The notes beneath the pieces are model-generated. The model was not told the DNA's origin. It worked only from the letters and a program-made list of their open reading frames with translations, and did no database searches. From Psammoneis japonica (Eukaryota), in assembly GCA_008632985.1 (NCBI GenBank), contig QPGO01000369.1:1-37631 (forward strand): DNA of 37,631 nucleotides, in the 5' to 3' direction. Shown piece by piece: positions 1 to 11,100 of the stretch (position 1 is the first letter of the stretch; every line of letters begins with the position of its first letter). A program made the position numbers and the translations under genes.

Positions 1-3000
1 GTCAAAAACACTTCGGTCAGGCACAAGGCACCCCTCCAACGGCACCTCCGTTGTCCATGGACCCAGGCCATGAAGGTGACACCATTGTGGCGGATCTCAT
101 TCTTGATGGCGAGCATGACACGTCGGCTTTGAACGAAGCAACTGCCCTTTTCATCAACCACTTGCGTCGCCGTTCCCCAGTCTCTGCACCGAATCTTCCA
201 TCTGCATCAGATCTTGAAGGAAAAATAAAACGTTGGAAAGAATCCACCTCCACGTCCATTTACTCCGGCCTCCACCTGGGTCATTGGAAAGCAATGTGTG
301 CTCCTCATCGGTTCTCAGATGCAACTGATTCCGAAGGCAATCCCACCCCTGAACGTGAGGCCCTCGATGAAGTTCAACAATCCCTCACTCAAATCAGGTT
401 GAATCTGCTTAACTGTGCCCTTCGTTGGGGATGCTCCTTTCACCGCTGGCAAGATGTTGTCAACGTGATGATCTTTGAAGAGCCAGGCAACAACAAGATG
501 CATCGTCTCTGTGTCATCCATGTCTGCGAAGCTGACTTTCAATTAATCTCGAGCGTCAAGTGGCGCGCTCTGGCCCAAAACATGGAACACCGCCAATTGT
601 GCAACTCGGGGATCTGCGGCACTCGCGCCTTCTTAAATGCCAACACTCCTGTGTGCCTTGAAGAACTCATGCTCGAGATTGGCTGTGCCTCCCGAAAATC
701 CGCTGTTCATGGCGATGATGATTGCACATCGTGTTGCGATCGGAATGTTCCCGCTCTGGTTGCAATTGAGAGCCGCAGCAATGGCATGCCCAAAGAAGTC
801 ACTCAAGTTGCTGACGCTGCTGTTCACAAGGCTCGCTGCTGGTTGCGAACAGTGCCAGGCCTGTCACTAACTTCTTGTTCTCACTCTGATGACTTCCCCA
901 TTTACGGAACAGGACAGGGCAGCGGAAACTCTCCATTTTGCTGGAACCAAATTTGCAACAGTCTGTTCCAGATCTTCGATCAACGGGCACATGGTGCATT
1001 TTTCGAGTCCCCAGATCACTCCCTCTTGCTGCAGATGTTCAACGGAGGACATGTCGACGACACGTCCAAGCAGGTGAACGATTTTTGTTCGAGTCCTCAA
1101 CCTTGCATCCTCGATTTGGATTTCAAGATGCAGGAAGATAATCAACTGTGGTGCGACCTTTTGAACGCGGCTGGCCACGAGTTAGAATTGCCCAAATGCT
1201 CCTTCCACGCTGTCGAATGGATGTTTGCAGTGGACGGCGAACCTCACCTTCGACCCTGCAATGAGGACATTGACATTGAAATCTCTTCTGCAGACCATGC
1301 CACGACTGGGTCAAGCAAACAATTGTCCTCATGCTCTTCTCACAAGACACTTGGACACCACAAAGCTCCAGCGGGGACTCAAAAGACCCAGCACTCGGCT
1401 CTGAAACAAAAGAGTGACGGCATTGCCCTGTTCCTTTGGTCTTGTCCTTTAGATCGACACGAGTCATGGACTCACTGTTTTGCTTGTTGTCTGTCTGCAA
1501 CCACGCATGTTCTCCCGAACACTCACTTCAAGGAGAAAGAGTTGCTCGAAGTGCAGAGGAAGGCCATGCGTGCCATTTTTGCCAAATGTGGATGCAATCG
1601 GAGCTCGAAACGTGACGTCCTCTTCGGACCTCATTCCCTGGGAGGCGGTGGTTTCAGATCTTTAGACGTGGAACAGGGTGCAGCGCAGGTTCTGCAGTTT
1701 CTCACCCACTGGCGGGGCTCTGGGCAACCTCAGGTGTTGTCACGAATCGCTGCATCGTGGATTCAGTTGCAGCTTGGCACAGGTGTGAGTTTTCTTCAGG
1801 ACGTCCATGCCAAGCTCCCTCATTCCGAATCGAAATGGTTCATGTCCTTGCGTTCATTCTTGGCCCGGATCGATGCCACCATCGATTGTGATTGCACTGG
1901 AGTGCTTCCACTCCAGCGAGACAACGACCAACACATCATGGACGTTGTGCTTCAATCCCAGGCGTTCAGTGATCGTGAGATGCGGTGGGTCAACTGCTGT
2001 CGTCTTTGTCCAAATGTTTTGACTCTGTCGGACATTGCCTCTCCGGATGGTTTTTCGCTCGATCCCTTTAAAGTGAACGGCCGATCGTTCCTTCTCAGCA
2101 GTCGCAGTGCTCTGAATCCTGTCGAACAACAACGTCCATCTGCTTGGGCATGGAAACAGTGGCGTCGAGCCTGTTCCTTGTTTTGCAAACCAGACTCGCT
2201 CGATCTACGACACCCTTCAGGTCAATGGGTTGCACCAGCTACGGAAATGCGCATGACACATGTCGCACATTACAAATCCTCCGAGGATCACTTGCACATT
2301 CGTGGAGATTCGGGTTTTGAGATTTTCCCAGTGCACCAAGGTTGTGCGGAGACTCTTGCCGCTCTGGAAAACGTTCCAGATCTTTCCCCAGCCGCTTCCC
2401 CTGTGCCAGCAGATACGACTGCAACTGGTTTGTGGCGGGTCAAGTCATTTGGTTCTCCAGCATCCTTGCTGACAGTCCTTCCCGTCCCGAATGATTTCTT
2501 GGCTGTGCTGCAGTCTCTTCCTCGGTGGGAATCTGCTCTGTTCGAAGAGTTGCATTTACATTGGTCTACATTTGAAATCGCTGAGCTCCTCGTCACCCAC
2601 AAGGTTTCAGCAGCTAGCGACGGTTCGGTCCTCCATTTCAAAGGCACATTCGGGTGGACGATTGCGATCGACGGGGTTCCTCTTGTGGATTGTGCCGGTC
2701 CAGTTTTCGGTTTTCGCCCATCGTCTTATCGTGCGGAGGCATGCGGTCTGCTGTCTTTTCTCTGTTTTCTGATCCGATTGTCAGACTGTTGTTCCACACA
2801 GGTCAGCGGCGCCGATTTGCATTGCGACAATTCCGCTCTCATTCGCACTGTCTCGAATTTCCAGGTGATTCCTCATCCTGCCAACAAGGAGGAGATCCAA
2901 GGAGACTTCCACTGGCATTTTCATGTTGCCAACACTCTCTCTCCGGATTGGGACATTGTCAATGAGGTCTTCCATTCCCTGAGACAGCTGTCAGAAGCAC

Positions 3001-4245
3001 GCACTGATGAACTGTCATGTCCTGCAGTCGAGATTCACTGGGTGAAGGGACACCAAGACGACATCCTTCCCATTGACTCTCTCTCTCAAGCGGCGAAGTT
3101 GAACATGCGTGCCGACAGACTCGCTGGACAACTCCAAGGTCGATTTGTGGGCGATGCTCTTGCTGCTCCCCGCATGCCTCATTGCCAAGCAAACCTGCTT
3201 CTTCAAGGAGCCACTGTTTCTTCCAAATGCAAGCCAGTTGTCAGATGTCAGGCATCGAGTCCCGCACTGGTTCAGCACATGAAAGAGAAATGTGGTTGGT
3301 CCGACGAAGTGTGCGCATCGATTGACTGGGATGTTCATTCGAAATTGATGTCACGAAACATTCGTCGAAAAGTCAGTGCCATCAAGCTGGTTCAAGATCT
3401 TCTGCCCACCAACAAGATTGCACACAGATGCAATCCGACACGTCCGGACTGTTGCATTCACTGTCAGGACCCCATGGAAGATAGAGACCACATTCTCCAT
3501 TGCCCTCACAATGAAGCCTGGCGCAGAAAATTTTTGCAAGGATCACGCAAGAAGTGCGATGACACTCACACGTCTCCTTCCTTACGAGACTTGATGGTTT
3601 TGGCTGTTGAAGCATGGTTTCGAGGCGAGCTTTTGCACTCGGAACAATTTCATCACAACGTCGTGCCCGCATTTCATTCCCAAGGGGAAACAGGTTGGTG
3701 TCAGTTGTTTGATGGCCGTTTTTCTGTCCAGTGGAATGCGACGCAAACCTCTTGCCTTTCGTCGAGCGGCATTTGTCGGACTCTCTCAGATCAACAGAAA
3801 CGGCTGGATTGGGCTGCAACCATTGGGAATTTCACATGGGAGCAGTGGTGGGACCTCTGGGATGCTCACAATGACGCTGCACACGGACACGATTCGGAAA
3901 CGAGGAAGTCGTCTCAAAGACGAGACGCAGAAGCAGAGGCCAAGGCCATTCATTCTCGTGCAGACGATTGTCTTGCGAGAGACAAGGCGCTCCTCCTTGA
4001 TTCGGCAGAAGAACACCTGTCACACTCCACTCACCGGATTCGAAACTGGTTGGCCATGTTCAAACCAGTCTTTAAATCAAGCATGCGCGAAGCCAAACGT
4101 TTGGCTGCACGAGGCACCAGAACCATCGCAAGTTGTTTTGGCGCGGCATCACCCTTGGGTGACGCCGATCTTGGCCAACCACTGTTTGCTCCTGCCGCAC
4201 TTTTAGTGTGCTGGGGGTGTGGGTTGGCTTGTTGCCGGAGTTGCA
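1..4245 (+). mobile_element. Non-LTR retrotransposon (LINE, RT + RNase H, diatom Ambal-like architecture), 5' part outside the window
   Basis: Long ORF2 with RT, RNase H and a C-terminal Cys/His knuckle. The 3' segment 4190-4245 (ctgccgca...gtgtgctgg..gtgtgggt...gttgc) matches the 3' end of the minus-strand copy at ~6856-6912, which defines the approximate element end. Confidence 0.85.
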
Positions 4246-4295
4246 GGGTGGAAGCGCAGCAGCACTGTAAATGTGGAATTTTGGTTTTGTTTTGA
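51..4295 (+). pseudogene. LINE ORF2 (reverse transcriptase, RNase H, zinc knuckle); open but hypermutated
   Basis: RT motifs IYGTGQGSGNSP and GGHVDDT (normally [YF]VDD). RNase H motifs ASDGS, SSYRAEACG, HCDNSAL, WVKGHQD, NMRADRLA. C-terminal CIHC...DHILHC. Only 4 Tyr in 1414 aa. The true start is upstream of the window, and the native stop was probably near 4140-4200 and lost. Confidence 0.85.
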
Positions 4296-5122
4296 GTTGG
4301 TGCTGGACATCGTTCTTGTTGAAAACAGCGTTTGCAAAAAGGCGCGAGATGATGGTGTGCAGATGACCATTGCTGTTCTTCAAGGTTGGCTCGAAAAAGC
4401 CCAACCCATGGTTGTGGCCGACCAAACATCTGCAGTTGAAGCGATGCCAGCACATGAACCCCTTTTTGGTGGACGATCAACTGGCGAGTGGAACAAGAAT
4501 TCAAGCATGTGCCAGTTGGCCAACAGGTGCCTGTCAAAGACCATCAACACAACGGACAGCAATGAAGAGGCAACGCACAAGTTGAAGGCAGAATTCACTG
4601 AATTGAACAAACAGCGTGGCGCCGTTGCTTGTGCCATCGCTTGCATGCAGCTGGGCAAAAATGTGACTCCAAAGCGGCTGAAGGATGAAATCCACTGCAG
4701 GGGATGCAATGCCGATGACGAATTTGATTGCTCAGATGCTGACCCTTCCAAAAAAAAGTTTCGAACTGTCGTCCAATTGGAAAAAGAGAAACTGTGGGGC
4801 GAGGCTGCGGGGAAATTTGTGTTTGACGAGGATCAAAGTTGCAGCGACCACAACAACTTTGACGAGTCCCACAAGGACCCAAAATCAGCGGAAGAGCATG
4901 CAATGATCGATGCAACACTCATCCACCAGAATCATTTCAACACCTCCCGACATGAACACTTGGAGCTCAACAAAGGTGGGTTCGACAGAGGCCAGGACAT
5001 CGATCATTCTCAAAAAACTGGAGATTCCGAGCACACTGCTAAATCTCAGCCGTCAGCTGCGAGGCAGCAGGAAAATCCTGAGGTCGACGGTGTCGAGACG
5101 AATGAAACGACAGGAACTTCTG

Positions 5123-5213
5123 GTCGGTCAGCCAAGTGGGGCGAAATGGAGCCAGTGATGGTCCCAAAATGACACAGTCTGCACCTCACACGTCGACTCT
5201 GAACATGATGCAG
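5123..5213 (+). other. Putative spliceosomal intron (91 nt)
   Basis: GTCGGT donor, CTCAC branch-like motif at 5185, CAG acceptor. Removal restores the frame (G|AA = Glu). Confidence 0.55.
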
Positions 5214-6702
5214 AAAATGCCGAGTTGGTTGAACATGAGCAAGGCATCATTTCTGAATGGTTTCAAGACAATGAATGCACAGTCCCAGAAGGAACCGTGA
5301 TTCAGGAAGATGCAACGAATGGTGATGCAGCACAAGATGCAGCCAAGCTGGAAAAAGACGACCTTGCATCTGTGCAACAAAAGGGCCATGGTGATGGCCA
5401 GAAGGCAGAAGAAGGCAAGTCTGAAGAGGGGCAGAAGACATCGTCAGGTGAAGCATTTCAGCCAGGTGAGCAAAGGCGAAATGGAGCCAGCCATGGCCCC
5501 AAATGGCGCTGTCTTCGTTTCTCACGTAAAACCTTTCGAACGCTGTGCAGACAAACAAGACTTGGACAAAATGGACCCAGCACTGGACCCAAATGGCTCA
5601 CCCCGTGCTGGGCAGGACATTTCTGGAAATGTGCAAGACCATGGCTCCTTTCCAGTCCAAGACGATGATGGCGAGATGCAGGGATCACAAGACAGCATTG
5701 AGGATCCCGTTGCATCTCTGAATTCACACAAAGCCTCAGAGGGTGATCAGTCTGAAGCGGCTTCTCAAGAATTTGACAGTGCATCTGAAGAACTGAGTGC
5801 AGCTGGAGAGGAAATCCAGGCGGAAGAGGAAAGCAAAGCTGAAGAGAAATGCCAGAAGGAAGTTGAGCAGGAGGATGCGGAGTCGTCAGGCAACAACGAT
5901 GATGGGAAATGTGGTGACGGCAACAACAGAGCAAGCAGGCAAAAACGGGAGGGAGATCGTCAGAAAAAAAATTCTGACAAGAACGATCGTGACCACGAAG
6001 ACAAAGCCAACAAGCAAAGTGGAACAGAAAAGGTGCGGAAAGAATTGTTCCAGAACAAAGAGCACAACAATGATGGAGACGCGGAAGGACTTCCAAAGGC
6101 AATCGAACAGGACCAAGAGTCTGAAACAGCAAGCATTGTCAGCGACGGATCTGACGCACCAGAGCTCCCTGTCGTCAGCGATCAAAAGGCAGCTGTCGCT
6201 GCCTTGAAGGAAAGGGATCCAGCAATGGCAACCATCGAAACATTTGCCACAGCACAAGAGCGGGCAGAGGGTCGTCTGTTTTTGGAAAAGACGAGACAGG
6301 AAGCCAAAGCCAAGAAGAAAAAAGCAGATTCCGGAAAGAAAAGAAAGACAGAGGGCCTCGCTGCTCCACCAAAGTCAAAAAAAAAGAGGAGGGTCATCGC
6401 CACCACGCCCCGTTCCTCTGCGAGAAATCAGAGCAAGAGAAAGACGGGCTGAAACATCAATTGTGCAAAACCACAATCATTGCATGTGTTGAAATTCGTC
6501 TGTGTTTGTGCACCCGGTGTTTTGGCTGACTTGCCAAAATGACATTGCAGTTGTGGACAGCAAACCAGCGTCCAATCCCAGGGGTCATTGGCAATTCCAG
6601 TTGCAGGTCGAAATGGGTCCAGCGTTGGTCCCAAAATGGCACAGTCTGTCCATCACCCGGCAACCGAAATGGGTCCAGCAAAGGTCCCAAATGGGCAGTC
6701 TG
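5143..6702 (+). repeat. Dispersed ~37-nt motif, 5 copies (approx. GAAATGGRNCCAGCNNTGGNCCCAAA(A)TGGNNCAGTCTG)
   Basis: Copies at 5143-5181, 5478-5514, 5568-5600, 6610-6648 and 6666-6702. Confidence 0.75.
5466..5550 (+). other. Putative spliceosomal intron (85 nt)
   Basis: GTGAG donor, CTCAC at 5521, TGCAG acceptor. Removal joins the 5225 frame to the 5310 frame (G|AC = Asp). Confidence 0.7.
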
Positions 6703-6796
6703 TGCGTCGTGCGTCGCCATTTTATGATTAAAAACATTGACGGATGACGTGCAGACTCTTGCCCCAACCCAAAACCGAACCAAAAAGATGCACATG

Positions 6797-6855
6797 CTAA
6801 CCCTGACCCCAAACCCTGACCCCAACCCCAACCCCAACCCTGACCCTGGCCCCAA
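6797..6855 (-). repeat. Degenerate interstitial telomeric repeat (TTAGGG)n
   Basis: On the + strand: partial CTAA, then 9 hexamers (3 CCCTGA, 5 CCCCAA, 1 CCCTGG). All are transition derivatives of CCCTAA. Confidence 0.8.
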
Positions 6856-7132
6856 GCAACGCCAGCGCCGGCTGACCCACACTTCCAGCACACCCTGCAG
6901 AGGATGCGGCAGAAATTGTGTGTGATTGGCTGGATTTGGCGCCTCCGGAAGGGGGGCGCCTGACGGAGATGGCTGAAGATGGTGCAGGTGCCTCTTTTGG
7001 CCAGGCGTTTGGCTTCTTTCAAGCTTTTTTTGAGTCTTGGGAGGGCCACCGAGATCCAGTTTTGAGCCCTTGTTGCAGAAAATGAACGGCGTTTCTCGAC
7101 TGAATCTAGCAACACTCCCCTGTCTTTTGGGG

Positions 7133-7522
7133 GATGCGCTCCAGGTCCAGGTGGGACCTTGCACCGCTGAGCTGTGACATCGACAGTTTTTTGAGTCTCG
7201 TCGCATGTCGCGCACATGGATTTCTGCTTGATTTTTTTGACATTTTGCGTCATTTTACGGCGCACTTGTTGAGCGATCCGTCCAACAACTTTTGACATTT
7301 TTTGTCACAGCGCGTTTCTACAATGTCTTGAGAACCGCGCAGGGCAGGTGAAGTTGCAAAAACGTCGAGTGGTGAGAGGCACAATTGCACCACAAACTTG
7401 GCCATTTGTTTGACGTTGAAGACAAATGTGTCCATCAATTAAATTCTCGCACTGCAGAGCTCGCATGCAGAATTCCACGGGCCCAATGTCACACGGAGTC
7501 CCACCCAGGGCTGGAACGCGTC
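7133..7522 (-). mobile_element. MITE family A copy (~390 bp, TIR GACGCGTTCCAG.CC.GGGTGGGA)
   Basis: Terminal inverted repeats. The interior is a reverse-complement homologue of 17781-18172. Inserted in the LINE C-terminal coding region. Confidence 0.8.
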
Positions 7523-7830
7523 TGGGATGACTTTCAAAGACTCAACATCGTGTCCGTGAACTGGCTTGCCATGCTCTTCCCACAGCTCCCACCAGCTTCT
7601 CCATGTGCAGGATCCCAGCTGGACCGTCCAATCTGGTGGTTGTTTGTTCTCCTCTTGACATTGATGCAAAATGCCTGAATCATGAAGATGACCGGATTGC
7701 AGGAGGTTCCACACAAGCGAGCATCTGCCGTTGAAGATCTGTTGCCATCCAATGTCTGACTGAGCTCTCCACAACTCCTTGCATTGGCAATCCCCGTTGT
7801 TGAGGTGAGTGATTTCCTCACCAAACCAAG

Positions 7831-8106
7831 TGACAGAAATTGAAGGCAAATGGCAAGAATTCAAACAATGGCTCCTTGCTGCTGTCTAAATGGCAGATGA
7901 GTCTCCGCTCAGAGACCATTGCAGGAGCCGAAAGACGTGCAAGTTGGTGCAATCGGGCCACTGTCATTGTTCTTGTGAGCCTTGTGGCTCGAAAGCAAAC
8001 TGCATTGCGCACGAACGCGCGGAACTAAAGCACACAAAACTGTGCGCGGCAAACTAAACAGCGCGTGACATTTCGCGTGCACCTGAATCCTGTTCAAATC
8101 CTGTCA
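7831..8106 (-). repeat. 3' LTR of copia element
   Basis: 276 bp, TG...CA ends, ungapped alignment to 14655-14930 with 27 transition differences. Confidence 0.95.
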
Positions 8107-11100
8107 CTCCCCAGCTTGCTTGAGGAGTCACAGAAACAGATTCTACTTCGGATGGAATGAAGTTCCAGAACATGAGGGGGCGGAGAAGGTCCCAGATTTG
8201 GGAGCAACCCCAATGCTTGCTGAGAATGTCAGCAGGATTGCGGGAGCCTTCGATGAAGTGGAGCTCAAGGCAGCCAGAGGCAATTGCCTCACGCACACGG
8301 TGGAACGACAGTGCGGTGTGTCGCTTGTGTAACTTGGAGTGCGGGATGGTGGCACTGTCTACAACCGACTTGTTGTCACCGAACATGCAACTGACATTGC
8401 GGATCGGGACGCCGAGGTGGTGCAGGGTGATGCGCAGGTCGACAATCTGCTCAACACAAGTCCTTGCGGCAACAAATTCAGACCCATGGGTCGCAGTCTC
8501 CACGGTGGCTTGCTTCTTAGAGAACCAATCAGCTGGAAATTTGTTGAGGAAGTGGAGCATTCCCATGACAGAGCGTCCGGTGAGCATGCAATGGCACAAG
8601 TTTGCATCGACGCAGTGGGTGGCAGTGACGAACTTGCCAAGGGGTGGTGGAGCGTCCTTCGGGATCATCTCTTCTGCTTCGCCGCACATGGAATGCATCC
8701 ATTCATGGGCCGGAGCAGGGAGATCCGAATGGTCGGGCTCTTCCGTTCGAACGCGGAGAGCGCCGTGTCGCATCTTGGAGAGGCACCCACAGACGCATTT
8801 GGCACGATCCAAGTGACCTTGACGGGGCGCAGCTCGGAAGCTAGAGAGTGACATGACGGCTGTGGCAATGTCAATTCAACCAAGAGACACTGCCCATTGG
8901 AGTGAACCAACAAGGGACTGGAACTTGTGAATGCCATCGGGCGCCAGCAGTTCGGAAGTGTCCAGCTCGGGGTGGTCACCCTTCTCCAGAGGTGACAGGG
9001 CGTTGGTGGCAGGTTTCTCCCCAAACAGTCGGGTGCAGCTGTCAACCATGCGCTCGATGTACTTGTGCGGAGACAGGCACAAAGTGCCGTCGGGATCTCG
9101 GGAAAAGTCGCAACCCAGATGGAACTCAATGGGTCCCGCACCCTTGAGCTTGAAGTTGTGCTTTTCCGTGAGAGTGTCGACGAAAGATTGAGGGCCCTTC
9201 ATGGCAATGGCGAGGTCATCCACATAAACGGCAATGTGTTCATGGTGGTCGCCGTTCCTGCGCATCCAAATGTCGGGTTCTGCGCGGCAGGGGAAGAAGC
9301 CTTCAGCTCGTGGGCAGTCGGCGAAGCGCTCGTGCCAGCGGAGACCGGAGCTGCGCAGTCCACACAGGGCCTTGTGGATGACAAGGATGTGTCCTTCGAG
9401 TTTGCCAAATTCAGGTCCGGCTGCAATGTAAAGCTGCTCCTTGGTGGCGGCTTCAAGGTGGGCATTGCCAATGTCGGTGGCCCATGTCTCCAACTCATTG
9501 AGCTCGGCCAGGAAAATCATCAGCCGAAGGCCACGGAGGGAGACCACTCCGGAGTGGACACTGTCGACAGGTGCGTCCGTGAGGTGCCCATCGGCTGCGA
9601 GTCGTGCCTTGTGGTGACCGTCGTGTTTCACGTCATGCACCAGGTGCACTCGGATCTTCTTGTGTCCCGCAGGAGGAGTGGAAGACTCGAAGGGCCCGCA
9701 GTCATGGAAGACTTCGCATTCGTCGAGTTGGCCCATCTCGAGATTAGTTGCGTCTCCCCATTTGTGGTTGCCGTTGCGTTCGTCCAGTGACATGGCGTGT
9801 TTGCAGTTCCGGGGAACTTCGCATCCGTGCTTGCAGCGAGGTGCAGTGCGGAAGGAGCGAAGCTTGGCTTGGTTGGCCATGCGAAATGGCTTCTTTTGGC
9901 GCCTCGCGATGGTGCGGAACCGCTTCCAGCCATCCGTGTCGAGAAGTCCATTCTCTCGTGCATAGATGGCGCAGGTGACGGGGTCGTCCTTGGCGATGAT
10001 GGCAAGAGGCTCGGACGTGATCTCCCCACTTTCCCATTCAAGCATGATGTTGTAGCTTGAGCCTTTCCAGGTTGGGTCGTGAGGCTTCAGAGGTCCTTCG
10101 TGTGACACGATGCGTCGAAATTTCCAAACAGCAGTGTCTTCATCTTCTTGCTCAATGTGATTCATGATGTCGTTGCAGGCAAGGACTTCCTCGCATTCGT
10201 TGTTGTTGACAGAGCAGACGAACCAAGTGAGCTTGGGATTGCCGTTCACTTTCCATTCGTGGTCTTCAACGGCCTTGACGATGCGAGCTCTGTGGCATTG
10301 TCCGTCCTCTTGTGGCTGCATGAGGAAGGTGCGTCCGATGATGTCTTGCGGATCGAAAACTGGCATCTTGGGTGTCCTGATCTCCCCATCAGGAGAATCG
10401 ACGGGGTTGTCGTCATGGCGAGATTTGATGATGGGTTCAGGTGGCTCCCCATCAGGAGGATCAAGACGCAGGTTTCGAACGGCAGGATCGGTGGTGGCGG
10501 AGCGTACGTTGGACCAGTGGAGGACCTTCTGAGTCTCGTCAGAGAGAATCTTGAAGGTCATCTGGTGGCCGACATGCTCAGCAATGCCAACAAAGCTTCC
10601 ACGCAACTCATGGGATTTGGACGGCCAATCGGAGTCATCGAGGTGGAAGCACACGGGTTCCCACCAGTGAAAGCGAAGCAATGGGCTGATGTCCGGGGTG
10701 GAGCCAGTGAGAGTCTCGAGGGGCATGCGCCAGTGGAGATGTGGGGATGCTGTGTGGTTGAGCATGAAGCACACATGCATCAGCACCAGCAGCCATGTGT
10801 GGGCGGGCGAACCAAAACGATCCATGACAGTGTTTGCCATGCGCTTCACGGTCTGGTGTCGACGCTCGGCAAAGTTTTGGTGTTGCTGGTGAGGCTCACT
10901 TTGCCAGCTGGAGATGAAGAGGGCTCGTAGGATCCCGAGCACCTTGTTGCTGATCTCAACTTGAGCACGGTCGCTGATGAGTTTGGAGGGGGCACCACAC
11001 TCACGGATCTGATCCTCGAGTGTGTTGACAAACTCCTTGTCCGTCTTGGTGCCGCAGACGTCAGTGACGGTAGACTTGGTGCCAACAAACAGTTGGGCAC

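Larger units (their letters stand above)
4363..6452 (+). pseudogene. Three-exon gene of unknown function (acidic low-complexity protein with basic NLS-like C-terminus), TpA-depleted
   Basis: ORFs 4219-5172, 5225-5668 and 5310-6452 are joined in frame by two phase-1 introns (5123-5213, 5466-5550). C-terminus KKKKADSGKKRK...KSKKKRR. No Tyr in the joined frames. Start codon uncertain. Confidence 0.55.

Noticed and set aside
6737..6925. ORF with PNPDPNPNPNP repeat and the antisense GQGWGWG ORF
   Set aside because: These are translations of the degenerate telomeric repeat.
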